From Pyrinomonadaceae bacterium (lineage in GTDB: Bacteria; Acidobacteriota; Blastocatellia; Pyrinomonadales; Pyrinomonadaceae): DNA of 64,000 nucleotides. The first letter of the stretch is position 1. Each line of letters begins with the position of its first letter. The stretch lies in contig DATIPD010000006.1 of assembly GCA_035472495.1 (NCBI GenBank), positions 37,312-101,311 on the forward strand, read 5' to 3'. Both the position numbers and the translations under genes were made by a program. The notes under the pieces were generated by a model, which was not told the DNA's origin, did not search any database, and saw nothing but the letters and a program-made list of their open reading frames with translations. This document shows positions 52,310 to 59,563 of the stretch, piece after piece.

Positions 52310-52392
52310 CGGGGCGTGACTCATCTCAGCAGAACGTGGACTGCCTGGGAGCGTGGAGTTAGGAGAGGCGCGCCAGCCTCACGCCCCGACCA
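52310..52392 (+). ncRNA. tRNA-sized structured element ending in A-CCA (not a canonical cloverleaf)
   Basis: 10-bp terminal helix CGGGGCGTGA/TCACGCCCCG followed by ACCA. Internal hairpins TCTCAGCAG-AACGTGGA-CTGCCTGGGA and GAGGC-GCGCCA-GCCTC. Occupies a tRNA slot between two hairpin repeats. Confidence 0.3.
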
Positions 52393-52397
52393 GTACT

Positions 52398-52478
52398 GAA
52401 GGATGAGGGATGAAGGATGAGGGATGAACCTCCAATTCCCGTACCTTCATCCCTCCGCCCTCATCCTTCATCCCTCAT
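52398..52478. repeat. Fam-C palindromic hairpin
   Basis: GAAGGATGAGGGATGAAGGATGAGGGATGAA ... TTCATCCCTCCGCCCTCATCCTTCATCCCTCAT. Confidence 0.8.
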
Positions 52479-52482
52479 TTCT

Positions 52483-52557
52483 GGGGCTATGATCTAACGG
52501 CCATGATGCCTGCCTTGCAAGCAGGACGTAGAGGTTCGACTCCTCTTAGCTCCACCA
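52483..52557 (+). tRNA. tRNA-Ala (TGC)
   Basis: Acceptor GGGGCTA/TAGCTCC with the G3:U70 identity pair, anticodon arm CCTGC-CTTGCAA-GCAGG, T arm AGAGG-TTCGACT-CCTCT, A73 and CCA. Confidence 0.85.
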
Positions 52558-52568
52558 AAATACAGAAA

Positions 52569-52656
52569 GCAGCAGGCAGGAGCAGTAGGCAGCAGTTGAG
52601 AGTCACGGTCTAGAACCAGGAACTCCCCTGCCGACTGCCGCTGCCTCCTGCTCCTG
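52569..52656. repeat. Fam-D palindromic hairpin
   Basis: GCAGCAGGCAGGAGCAGTAGGCAGCAG ... CTGCCGACTGCCGCTGCCTCCTGCTCCTG. Confidence 0.7.
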
Positions 52657-52663
52657 ACTTTTC

Positions 52664-52743
52664 GGCGATGTAGCTCAACTGGATAACAGAGCACCGGTCT
52701 TGTAAACCGAACGATAAGGGTTCGACTCCCTTCATCGCCTCCA
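52664..52743 (+). tRNA. tRNA-Thr (TGT)
   Basis: Acceptor GGCGATG/CATCGCC, D stem GCTC/GAGC with a 12-nt loop, anticodon loop CTTGTAA (first stem pair C-A mismatch), T arm AAGGG-TTCGACT-CCCTT, U73 and CCA. Confidence 0.75.
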
Positions 52744-52787
52744 CAACCGGACCTGAAGACACGGAGACGGGAGACACGTAGACGAGC

Positions 52788-53237
52788 ATGCAGCAAAAGA
52801 TATTTCGGTTGTCGTTCGACGGGCGAAGAATGCAAATCGTAAATTCATGTTCATTCGGTTTGTCAGCGGCGAAATTGATCAGGCTTCTCGTTTCGGCGGG
52901 TCTTTTCCAGGCTGCCTCCGAACTCAGGTGGCGCGACGGCCTACCTGACTACGAATTCGACGCGCTCATCGGACTGAGAGATTGGTTCAACGCTAATCTC
53001 GAATCGCCCTTTGACCACCTGCCGCGAGCGAAATGCTATGACCGAGCAATTTGCTGGTTTAAGCCTGCGGCTCGCGAACACTTGGTTCGAGCGAGAGAAC
53101 TAGTCACAATTCTTGAAAGAAACGATGTCTTGATTTGGACAATCAGATCCCGAAGGGTTGGCTACATTTATTACGAAGACGAAACACAGGTTTTGGCAGA
53201 ACCATTTAGTGATGTCAGACCAATTTGCAGGAGGTAA
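52788..53237 (+). CDS. hypothetical protein
   Basis: 149-aa ORF directly after the last tRNA. I recognise no motif. Closely followed by the DIP1984-family ORF. Confidence 0.4.
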   Translation: MQQKIFRLSFDGRRMQIVNSCSFGLSAAKLIRLLVSAGLFQAASELRWRDGLPDYEFDALIGLRDWFNANLESPFDHLPRAKCYDRAICWFKPAAREHLVRARELVTILERNDVLIWTIRSRRVGYIYYEDETQVLAEPFSDVRPICRR

Positions 53238-53242
53238 TAGAA

Positions 53243-53698
53243 ATGAAACTAGCAGAAGCTCTAATTCTACGAGCTGATTGTCAGAAGCGTTTTGCGCAAG
53301 TAAAAGCTAGGCTGCTGCTTAACGCGCGCGTCCAGGAAGGCGACCAGCCGGCAGAAGATCCGCAGAAGTTGATTACCGAAACGGAACGCCTGGCCGATGA
53401 GCTGGTTGATTTGATCAAGCGTATCAATCGCACCAACTCTGCAACAGTCGTTGACGTTGGCAAAACAATTTCTGACGTGCTTGCTGACCGTGACGTGCTC
53501 GGCTTGCGTCGTAGCGCGTACAACGAACTGGCGCAGAACGCGTCGATTGCCTACGCGCGAGTGACGCGAACGGAAATCAAATACGTTTCGACGGTGAAGG
53601 TAGTTGAGATTCAGAAGCGGGCGGATGAGCTGGCGAAGAACTATCGCGAGCTCGACGCGCAAATTCAGGAGCTCAACTGGAAGACTGAACTGCTCTAA
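53243..53698 (+). CDS. DIP1984-family (septicolysin-like) protein
   Basis: MKLAEALILRADCQKR..., INRTN and ...ELNW..EL match the DIP1984 family pattern as I recall it. RBS AGGAGG lies upstream of the ATG at 53243. Confidence 0.6.
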   Translation: MKLAEALILRADCQKRFAQVKARLLLNARVQEGDQPAEDPQKLITETERLADELVDLIKRINRTNSATVVDVGKTISDVLADRDVLGLRRSAYNELAQNASIAYARVTRTEIKYVSTVKVVEIQKRADELAKNYRELDAQIQELNWKTELL

Positions 53699-53950
53699 AC
53701 GTTCAGCGCTTGATTTAATGCAGTCGGTAGCCTGATGAACAAAAGCGAGCACAACCCGCCAACTGGGCAAGTTGGAAAAGCGCGAAAGCGCTCCACTGGT
53801 GATGTGCAGGGGCGTACATCAGCGGGTTCGATCCCCGCCGTACAACTCATGCCCAGCAAAGTGACAAGCGCAATGAGCAAAGTAAAAGTAACTACCGCGT
53901 GCTGATTTGTTTGTTTGGTGAGGGTGGGTAAGGGGAACTGCATTGCATTA

Positions 53951-54022
53951 CCAAATCCAAAGTTCAGGCCAACGTCCGAAGTTGAAAATAAGCAAACAGA
54001 CTTTGGACCCTGGACGTTGGAC
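53951..54022. repeat. Fam-A palindromic hairpin (last copy, outside the array)
   Basis: CCAAATCCAAAGTTCAGGCCAACGTCCGAAG ... GACTTTGGACCCTGGACGTTGGAC, 12 nt upstream of the AAA+ gene start. Confidence 0.7.
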
Positions 54023-54033
54023 TGAGTTTAGTT

Positions 54034-55305
54034 ATGGGCAAAGAAGATTTCATCAAGGATGCGCACTACAAACCGAACGAATACATCGCGTATTACGTTG
54101 GTCGGGAATTGTCGCGGCGACATCCGGAAAAAGCAGTTCTCGAAGGCGAAACCGGGTACTTCGACCTGGAGGCATTCGTGCGCGCCGAGAAATGCGCTGT
54201 CGTTAGCGAAGCCTCAGTCTTCAACCAAATCAAAACAGACTGGACCACGCCAGAAAAAGAGCTGCGAACCAGGATCCCAAACTCGTGGCTGAACGTTCTC
54301 TGGAAGGGCCAACTTCTTGACGTCATCTTTCTTACGTTCTCCGAAGGTTGCTACCCCACCCGTCATCATTGGATCGTTGCGGACAGCGCTGAAGTCGCCG
54401 CATCGTTTTTCACAGCGGTTTGTGAATGGTCGGCAGAGGTGCGCGGTGAAGTGCTCGTCTATGAACACGGCTTTTGGAACAAGAGCGAGGAACTTTTCAA
54501 GACGATCAAGAGTGCAACCTTTGACACTCTAATCCTGCCTGATCGTCTGAAACAGGAAATCCGGAACGACTTTGTGCAGTTTCTCGCGTCACGCGAAGTT
54601 TATGAACGCTACGGTATTCCCTGGAAACGTGGCGTTCTTCTTATTGGTCCGCCAGGAAACGGCAAGACTCACACAGTTAAAGCACTGGTGAACCAACTCG
54701 CCCAACCATGCCTTTATGTTCGCGGGTTCAAGTCGGAATATTCGACCGATCAAGAAAACATCAAGGAGGTTTTCGAACGGGCGCGCATGACAACTCCATG
54801 CATCGTGGTCCTGGAAGATCTCGACTCAATGATTGACGAAAACAGCCGCGCGTTCTTTCTAAACGAGCTCGACGGTTTTGAAACCAACAAAGGAATCGTC
54901 GTGCTCGCGACCACAAACCACCCGGAGCGTCTCGATCCGGCTATTCTTGATCGCCCCAGCCGTTTCGATCGCAAGTACTACTTCCAGCTGCCGGGAAACA
55001 ACGAACGGACTGCGTATGTCGCGCACTGGAACGAAAAGCTAAACGCGGAACTGCAACTCTCAGCGCACACCATCGAGCATGTTGTCGGAGTGACTGAGGG
55101 TTTCTCCTTCGCTTATCTGAAGGAACTGTTTTTGTCTTCGATGATGCGCTGGACCTCGACTGATCGCGTCGAATCCATGGATGAAATTGTCCGCGCACAA
55201 GTGCAGCAGCTGCGCGGCCAGATGACCAACGAGAGACGCGACGAGTCGCAGTCAGGGAAACCGAGCGGTAAGGCGGCAAAGGTGCTGCGGTTCTTGAAGC
55301 GCTAG
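54034..55305 (+). CDS. Bcs1-like AAA+ ATPase with uncharacterised N-terminal domain
   Basis: Walker A GPPGNGKTH, Walker B IVVLEDLD, SRH ATTNHPERLDPAILDRPSRFDRKYYF. The pre-ATPase segment ILPDRLKQEIRNDFVQFL...YGIPWKRGVLL resembles Bcs1. Confidence 0.8.
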   Translation: MGKEDFIKDAHYKPNEYIAYYVGRELSRRHPEKAVLEGETGYFDLEAFVRAEKCAVVSEASVFNQIKTDWTTPEKELRTRIPNSWLNVLWKGQLLDVIFLTFSEGCYPTRHHWIVADSAEVAASFFTAVCEWSAEVRGEVLVYEHGFWNKSEELFKTIKSATFDTLILPDRLKQEIRNDFVQFLASREVYERYGIPWKRGVLLIGPPGNGKTHTVKALVNQLAQPCLYVRGFKSEYSTDQENIKEVFERARMTTPCIVVLEDLDSMIDENSRAFFLNELDGFETNKGIVVLATTNHPERLDPAILDRPSRFDRKYYFQLPGNNERTAYVAHWNEKLNAELQLSAHTIEHVVGVTEGFSFAYLKELFLSSMMRWTSTDRVESMDEIVRAQVQQLRGQMTNERRDESQSGKPSGKAAKVLRFLKR

Positions 55306-55359
55306 ACCCAGCTGTACCGAATCGCATCATCGATAACCCTGCTACTGAATCGCTTCGAG

Positions 55360-55400
55360 AAAAGGCCAGTGAATGTAGTCAACGCAAAGTGGCCTTTTTT
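55360..55400 (+). terminator. candidate terminator after the AAA+ gene
   Basis: Stem AAAAGGCCA/TGGCCTTTT with a large (21-nt) loop, followed by a T-run. Confidence 0.4.
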
Positions 55401-55478
55401 CATTACTCGATGATCTCCAACCTCTTCCGGCACAATCATTGCTCAGTCTCAAGGAAATCGGGATTGAGGAGAACGAAC

Positions 55479-55745
55479 ATGGGAGTTTTTAAGAGGCTGG
55501 TTAATCCAAACGCGGAGGACAGCAGGGCAGAAGACCGTACCGACGTCAGCGAAAGAGGAGCAGCCAATGGCAGAGCAGTAGTTGACAGTGCTGATACGTA
55601 CGCAGTCAAATCCCCTGACGAAATTTCCAGAATAAGCCAGCGTTATCAAGATCCTTATGAGTATATGAGGAACTTCTTACGCGAAGTCCGACAAGTGAAG
55701 GACGCGGATAAATTTCAAGCGCGTCCGCAGTTAAGGTTTCGTTAA
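55479..55745 (+). CDS. small hypothetical protein
   Basis: 88 aa from the internal ATG, with RBS GAGGAG 8 nt upstream. The sequence is charged and low-complexity. Confidence 0.35.
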   Translation: MGVFKRLVNPNAEDSRAEDRTDVSERGAANGRAVVDSADTYAVKSPDEISRISQRYQDPYEYMRNFLREVRQVKDADKFQARPQLRFR

Positions 55746-55760
55746 AGAGAGCAAATAACT

Positions 55761-56609
55761 ATGCGATGGGCGGACCAGCGTGAAAGCGACAATGTTGAGG
55801 ATCGGCGTGGCATATCGACAGGCAGAGTCGCTGTAGGTGGCGGCCTCGGAACGCTTGTCATCGTAATCATTGCGTTGCTCCTTGGCGCTGATCCGCGCCA
55901 GCTGCTGCAGCAAGCACCCAACACTCCGGGTACTGACGTTCGCTCCGAACGCACGGTCAACCCTGAGCAGGACCAGCTCAAAAAATTTGTCTCGGTGGTG
56001 CTGGCCAAGTCGGAAGACACCTGGCAGGAAGTTTTTCGCAAAAACGGAAAGCAGTACCGTGAGCCGACGTTAGTTCTTTTTACGGATCAGGTGCAGTCGG
56101 CTTGTGGAATGAGTGGAGCGGCGGTTGGCCCGTTCTATTGTCCGGGCGACGAAAAGGTCTACATCGATCTTGCCTTTTATGAAGAGCTCCGCCGGCGTTT
56201 CAACGCGCCGGGAGATTTTGCGCAAGCCTACGTCATCGCGCACGAAGTGGGCCATCACGTCCAGAAGCTTTTGGGGATTTCCGATCGCGTCGAAGCATTG
56301 GAACGCAGGTCCAGCGAAGCAGAGGCTAATCGACTTTCAGTGCGGCTGGAGCTACAGGCAGATTTTTTTGCGGGCATCTTTGCCCGCTACGTGAAGGACC
56401 AGGGTCTGCTCGAACCCGGCGACATTGAAGAAGCGTTGCAAGCGGCGAGCGCGGTTGGCGACGACAATATTCAGCGCCAGTCGACAGGATATGTCGTGCC
56501 CGACTCCTTTACTCACGGCACGTCGGAACAGCGACTACGCTGGTTTCGCAAAGGCTACGAGACCGGTGACATGAGACAAGGCGATACTTTTAACGCAAGT
56601 GATCTCTGA
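55761..56609 (+). CDS. YpfJ-family neutral zinc metallopeptidase
   Basis: MRWADQRESDNVEDRRG N-terminus, one TM helix, and the HEVGHHVQ zinc motif. Confidence 0.85.
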   Translation: MRWADQRESDNVEDRRGISTGRVAVGGGLGTLVIVIIALLLGADPRQLLQQAPNTPGTDVRSERTVNPEQDQLKKFVSVVLAKSEDTWQEVFRKNGKQYREPTLVLFTDQVQSACGMSGAAVGPFYCPGDEKVYIDLAFYEELRRRFNAPGDFAQAYVIAHEVGHHVQKLLGISDRVEALERRSSEAEANRLSVRLELQADFFAGIFARYVKDQGLLEPGDIEEALQAASAVGDDNIQRQSTGYVVPDSFTHGTSEQRLRWFRKGYETGDMRQGDTFNASDL

Positions 56610-56833
56610 CGAACTTTCACTTATTTAGGCCACACTGCGCCACCCGTCGATAAACATCTTAATTTAGTATCTCTCGAAATCCTTCCGTTCCATTCACTCG
56701 GACTCTTCTGTCCCTCTCTAATCAACTTGAGCCCGCCGAGGGCTTTCGTGCAACCGTTATGCAAAATTTATTTACTTGTCATAAGAATGAAATGTTTGAA
56801 GGCAATTCTTGACGTAACGAAAGGAAGGATTTC

Positions 56834-57250
56834 ATGCAGAGTCAATCGTCAGCAGTTGCAGATGTGAAGAAGAGCGATAAACAGGCAATTCGACGGTTGG
56901 TCGACACCTGGCTGGAAGCAAGCAAGAAAGGCGACGTCGCATCTTTAAATAGCCTGATGGCCGACGACGTTATCTTTATCACGCCGGGCAGGGAACCCTT
57001 TGGCAAAGAGGAGTTCAGCTCAAATAGCGAGCAGATGAAGAACATCACGATGGAAACGGACATCGATATCAAGGAAATAGAAGTCGCCGGCGCCTGGGCC
57101 TGGATGCGCAGTTTTCTGAAGCTCACCATGACGCCGGCTGCTGGAAATCCGACGAAACTGTCAGGTCACATTCTTACCGTCCTGCGGAAGAATCCTGATG
57201 GAAGGTGGGTCATTGCGCGCGACGCAAATTTTGTAACGCCGGAGAAGTAA
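56834..57250 (+). CDS. SnoaL-like / DUF4440 (SgcJ/EcaC-type) NTF2-fold protein
   Basis: 138 aa with a pattern typical of DUF4440 (IRRLVDTWLEASKKGDVASLNSLMADDVIFITPG...). Confidence 0.7.
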   Translation: MQSQSSAVADVKKSDKQAIRRLVDTWLEASKKGDVASLNSLMADDVIFITPGREPFGKEEFSSNSEQMKNITMETDIDIKEIEVAGAWAWMRSFLKLTMTPAAGNPTKLSGHILTVLRKNPDGRWVIARDANFVTPEK

Positions 57251-57307
57251 TCATGATCGGGCAGGAGCGTTCTCATTCGTTATTTTCATTGAGGTTAGGA
57301 GGAAGTC

Positions 57308-58510
57308 ATGAAACGATTTATTAATTTGAAAAGTCTGGGGGGCGCGTTGTCACTAGTGCTCACGCTGGTGTTCGCCTTCGGGGCGTGCAATCGGCGCGGC
57401 AATTCGAGTTTCAAACTGGCATCAACGTCAGACCCGGGCGTCAACAATGCTCCAATCACCAACGGAGCTCCGGGAAATTCAACTGGGCCGTTCGTGTCCT
57501 ATGCGGATGTTGTAAGTCGGGTCTCGCCGGCAGTAATCACCATTCACTCAGAAATGCGGGTGCGCGCGCCGCAACAGTTTCCGTTTATGGATGACCCAAT
57601 GTTCCGGCAGTTCTTTGGAGATCGCGCGCCCCAACAGATGCCGGAACAACGTCGCAGCGGTCTTGGATCTGGCGTCATCATCAGCGCGGACGGTTACATA
57701 CTAACGAACCATCACGTAATCGACGGCGCCGAACAGATCAAAGTTGACTTGAACGACAATCGCACGCTTGACGCCAAAGTAGTCGGCTCGGATCCGCCAA
57801 GCGACCTGGCAGTCTTGAAGATCGATGCCACGAATCTACCGGTGCTAACGCTCGGCGACTCGGACAAAGTGCGCGTCGGTGATGTTGTGCTGGCGATTGG
57901 AAATCCGCTGGGCATTGGTCAAACCGTGACCATGGGAATCATTAGTGCGAAAGGCCGCCAAACGCGCTTAAGCAGCGGCAGCTTCGAAGACTTCCTACAA
58001 ACTGACGCGCCGATCAACCAGGGTAATTCCGGCGGCGCATTAGTGAGCACCAACAGCGAACTGATCGGTATCAACTCACAAATTCTTTCGCCGTCGGGAG
58101 GCAGTATCGGCATCGGCTTCGCGATTCCCTCGAACATGGCGCGCACCATTACCGAGACTCTCGTTAAAACCGGAAAAGTGCATCGGGGCCAGCTGGGAAT
58201 TACGGTCGTCAAACTTAACACCGAACCCGCAAAGCAACTTGGTATCGATGAAACCAAAGGCGTCGGTGTGGCCCAGGTACAACCTGGCAGCGCCGCTGAG
58301 CGCGCTGGCTTGAAAAAGGGCGACGTCATCACCAATTTCAACGGGACGGAAGTTACCGACCCGAACGCATTCCGCAACCTCGTGGCGAGTACCGCGCCTG
58401 ATACAGACGTAACACTCACGGTTATTCGAGACGGTCGTGAACAGCAGGTGCGTGCGAGGCTTGGTGAGTTTACTCCGCAAGTTGATCGCGAGGTGGAAGG
58501 ACAACGATAA
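57308..58510 (+). CDS. HtrA/DegP-family serine endopeptidase with one PDZ domain
   Basis: Catalytic-triad context (TNHHV, DLAVLKI, GNSGGAL) and a C-terminal PDZ domain. Confidence 0.9.
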   Translation: MKRFINLKSLGGALSLVLTLVFAFGACNRRGNSSFKLASTSDPGVNNAPITNGAPGNSTGPFVSYADVVSRVSPAVITIHSEMRVRAPQQFPFMDDPMFRQFFGDRAPQQMPEQRRSGLGSGVIISADGYILTNHHVIDGAEQIKVDLNDNRTLDAKVVGSDPPSDLAVLKIDATNLPVLTLGDSDKVRVGDVVLAIGNPLGIGQTVTMGIISAKGRQTRLSSGSFEDFLQTDAPINQGNSGGALVSTNSELIGINSQILSPSGGSIGIGFAIPSNMARTITETLVKTGKVHRGQLGITVVKLNTEPAKQLGIDETKGVGVAQVQPGSAAERAGLKKGDVITNFNGTEVTDPNAFRNLVASTAPDTDVTLTVIRDGREQQVRARLGEFTPQVDREVEGQR

Positions 58511-58539
58511 GTATCGCCCGGATCGCCTTCGTCAAATTT

Positions 58540-58616
58540 CCCTCTCCGCCTGGGAGAGGGTGGGGAGGGTTTAGCGGACTAGACCCTCTCCTTTTGTTCC
58601 TCCCATGGCGAGGGAT
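58540..58616. repeat. Fam-B element in inverted orientation
   Basis: CCCTCTCCGCCTGGGAGAGGGTGGGGAGGGTTTAGCGG...CCCTCTCC...CCCATGGCGAGGG. Its reverse complement is collinear with the 11855 and 19231 copies. Confidence 0.7.
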
Positions 58617-58789
58617 AGATTGCGCGAAAGCTGAGCCACCTTTCTCGCATACCACACGACTTTCTTGCATCACAGCGCAACTCTTTCGCATCTCACCCGT
58701 TTACACTGCTGGTCAAAAATTCCGAGCACCGGCATCCGATAATTCGGAACGTCATTAGTCATTCACCTCAAACTGGAACGGAGAAGAAC

Positions 58790-59563
58790 ATGTCAACTGC
58801 CACGTTGAAGTTCGCAACTATCGCTGCGCTGTTAGCGGTTACTTTCACGGTTACCTCGAAAGCGCAACAGGCCCAATGGTCGTGGCCGGAGAAACCGCAG
58901 AATCTGCAGGTGCTCAATAAAGACTGGCCCGGGTCCCGTTTGCGGCCGGTGATGACCGGCTTTACCAGGGCGCTCGGCGTGCGTTGCAGTTACTGCCACG
59001 TCGGGAAAGAGGGCCAACCTCTCACTACCTATGATTTTGTTTCAGATGAAAATCCCAACAAGAATCGCGCTCGTGAGATGTTGCGGATGCTGGGCGACAT
59101 CAACGTTCATTTAAAGAAACTCGAACCCAGTGGCGACCAGCGAGTAAACATGTGGTGCAACACGTGTCATCGGGGGCGGCCCAGACCGATGACACTCGAG
59201 GAAGAATTAGGAGAGCAGTATCGTTTGAAGGGAATCGATACCGCGCTGCTTCATTACCAGGATTTGAAAAAGAATTACGCTGAGAAAGGTGCTTACGATT
59301 TCTCAGAACAGTCGTTGAATAATTTTGGTTATCTGGTGTTGGAAAAGAAGGACACGCCAGCAGCGTTGCGAGTATTCACTATGAACGCGCAGGCGTTTCC
59401 CAAGTCAGCGAACGTATGGGACAGCCTGGCGGATGCTTACCTGAGGGCCGGTGACCTGAAGTCAGCAAAACGCTACTACGAAAGATCGCTGAAGCTTGAC
59501 CCGAAAAGCGAGAGCGCCCAGGAGAATCTAAAGAAGATTGCGGAACTAACGAAAAAGAAATGA
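58790..59563 (+). CDS. secreted c-type cytochrome (two CxxCH, reaction-centre cytochrome-c-like) fused to TPR repeats
   Basis: Signal peptide, CSYCH and CNTCH haem motifs in an NLQVL...LGVRCSYCH...AREMLRM...CNTCHRGRPRP context, and a C-terminal TPR-like region. Confidence 0.65.
   Translation: MSTATLKFATIAALLAVTFTVTSKAQQAQWSWPEKPQNLQVLNKDWPGSRLRPVMTGFTRALGVRCSYCHVGKEGQPLTTYDFVSDENPNKNRAREMLRMLGDINVHLKKLEPSGDQRVNMWCNTCHRGRPRPMTLEEELGEQYRLKGIDTALLHYQDLKKNYAEKGAYDFSEQSLNNFGYLVLEKKDTPAALRVFTMNAQAFPKSANVWDSLADAYLRAGDLKSAKRYYERSLKLDPKSESAQENLKKIAELTKKK

Noticed and set aside
46900-52700. The regular alternation of repeats and unique about 75-nt segments could be mistaken for a CRISPR array.
   Set aside because: The repeats are long internal palindromes from several unrelated word families, not one conserved direct repeat. 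The 'spacers' fold as tRNAs with anticodon and T arms and CCA ends. No cas genes are present in the window.
46506-52835. Track ORFs lying across the tRNA array and its repeats, e.g. 46656-46988(-), 47113-47427(-), 48539-49015(+), 48946-49323(+), 50606-50875(-), 51881-52324(-) and 52494-52835(-).
   Set aside because: They are translations of tRNA genes and low-complexity hairpins (SKVQSPKS, PSSFILHP, LLLPPA-type peptides). They have no RBS or domain features and overlap well-supported RNA genes.
53759-53838. Possible tmRNA or tRNA-Sec gene, suggested by the perfect T arm and a D-arm-like 5-bp stem with a tetraloop.
   Set aside because: There is no acceptor-stem pairing, no TCA anticodon loop, no tag-peptide reading frame and no CCA. 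Only about 130 nt are available after the preceding CDS. It is kept as an unexplained structured fragment in the findings.
45800-55400. Calling the tRNA/rtcB region a defined mobile element (ICE, prophage or genomic island) with att sites.
   Set aside because: No integrase, transposase, relaxase or phage structural gene is visible. I could identify no direct repeat matching a tRNA 3' end at both borders. The island hypothesis is kept only as an inference in the findings.
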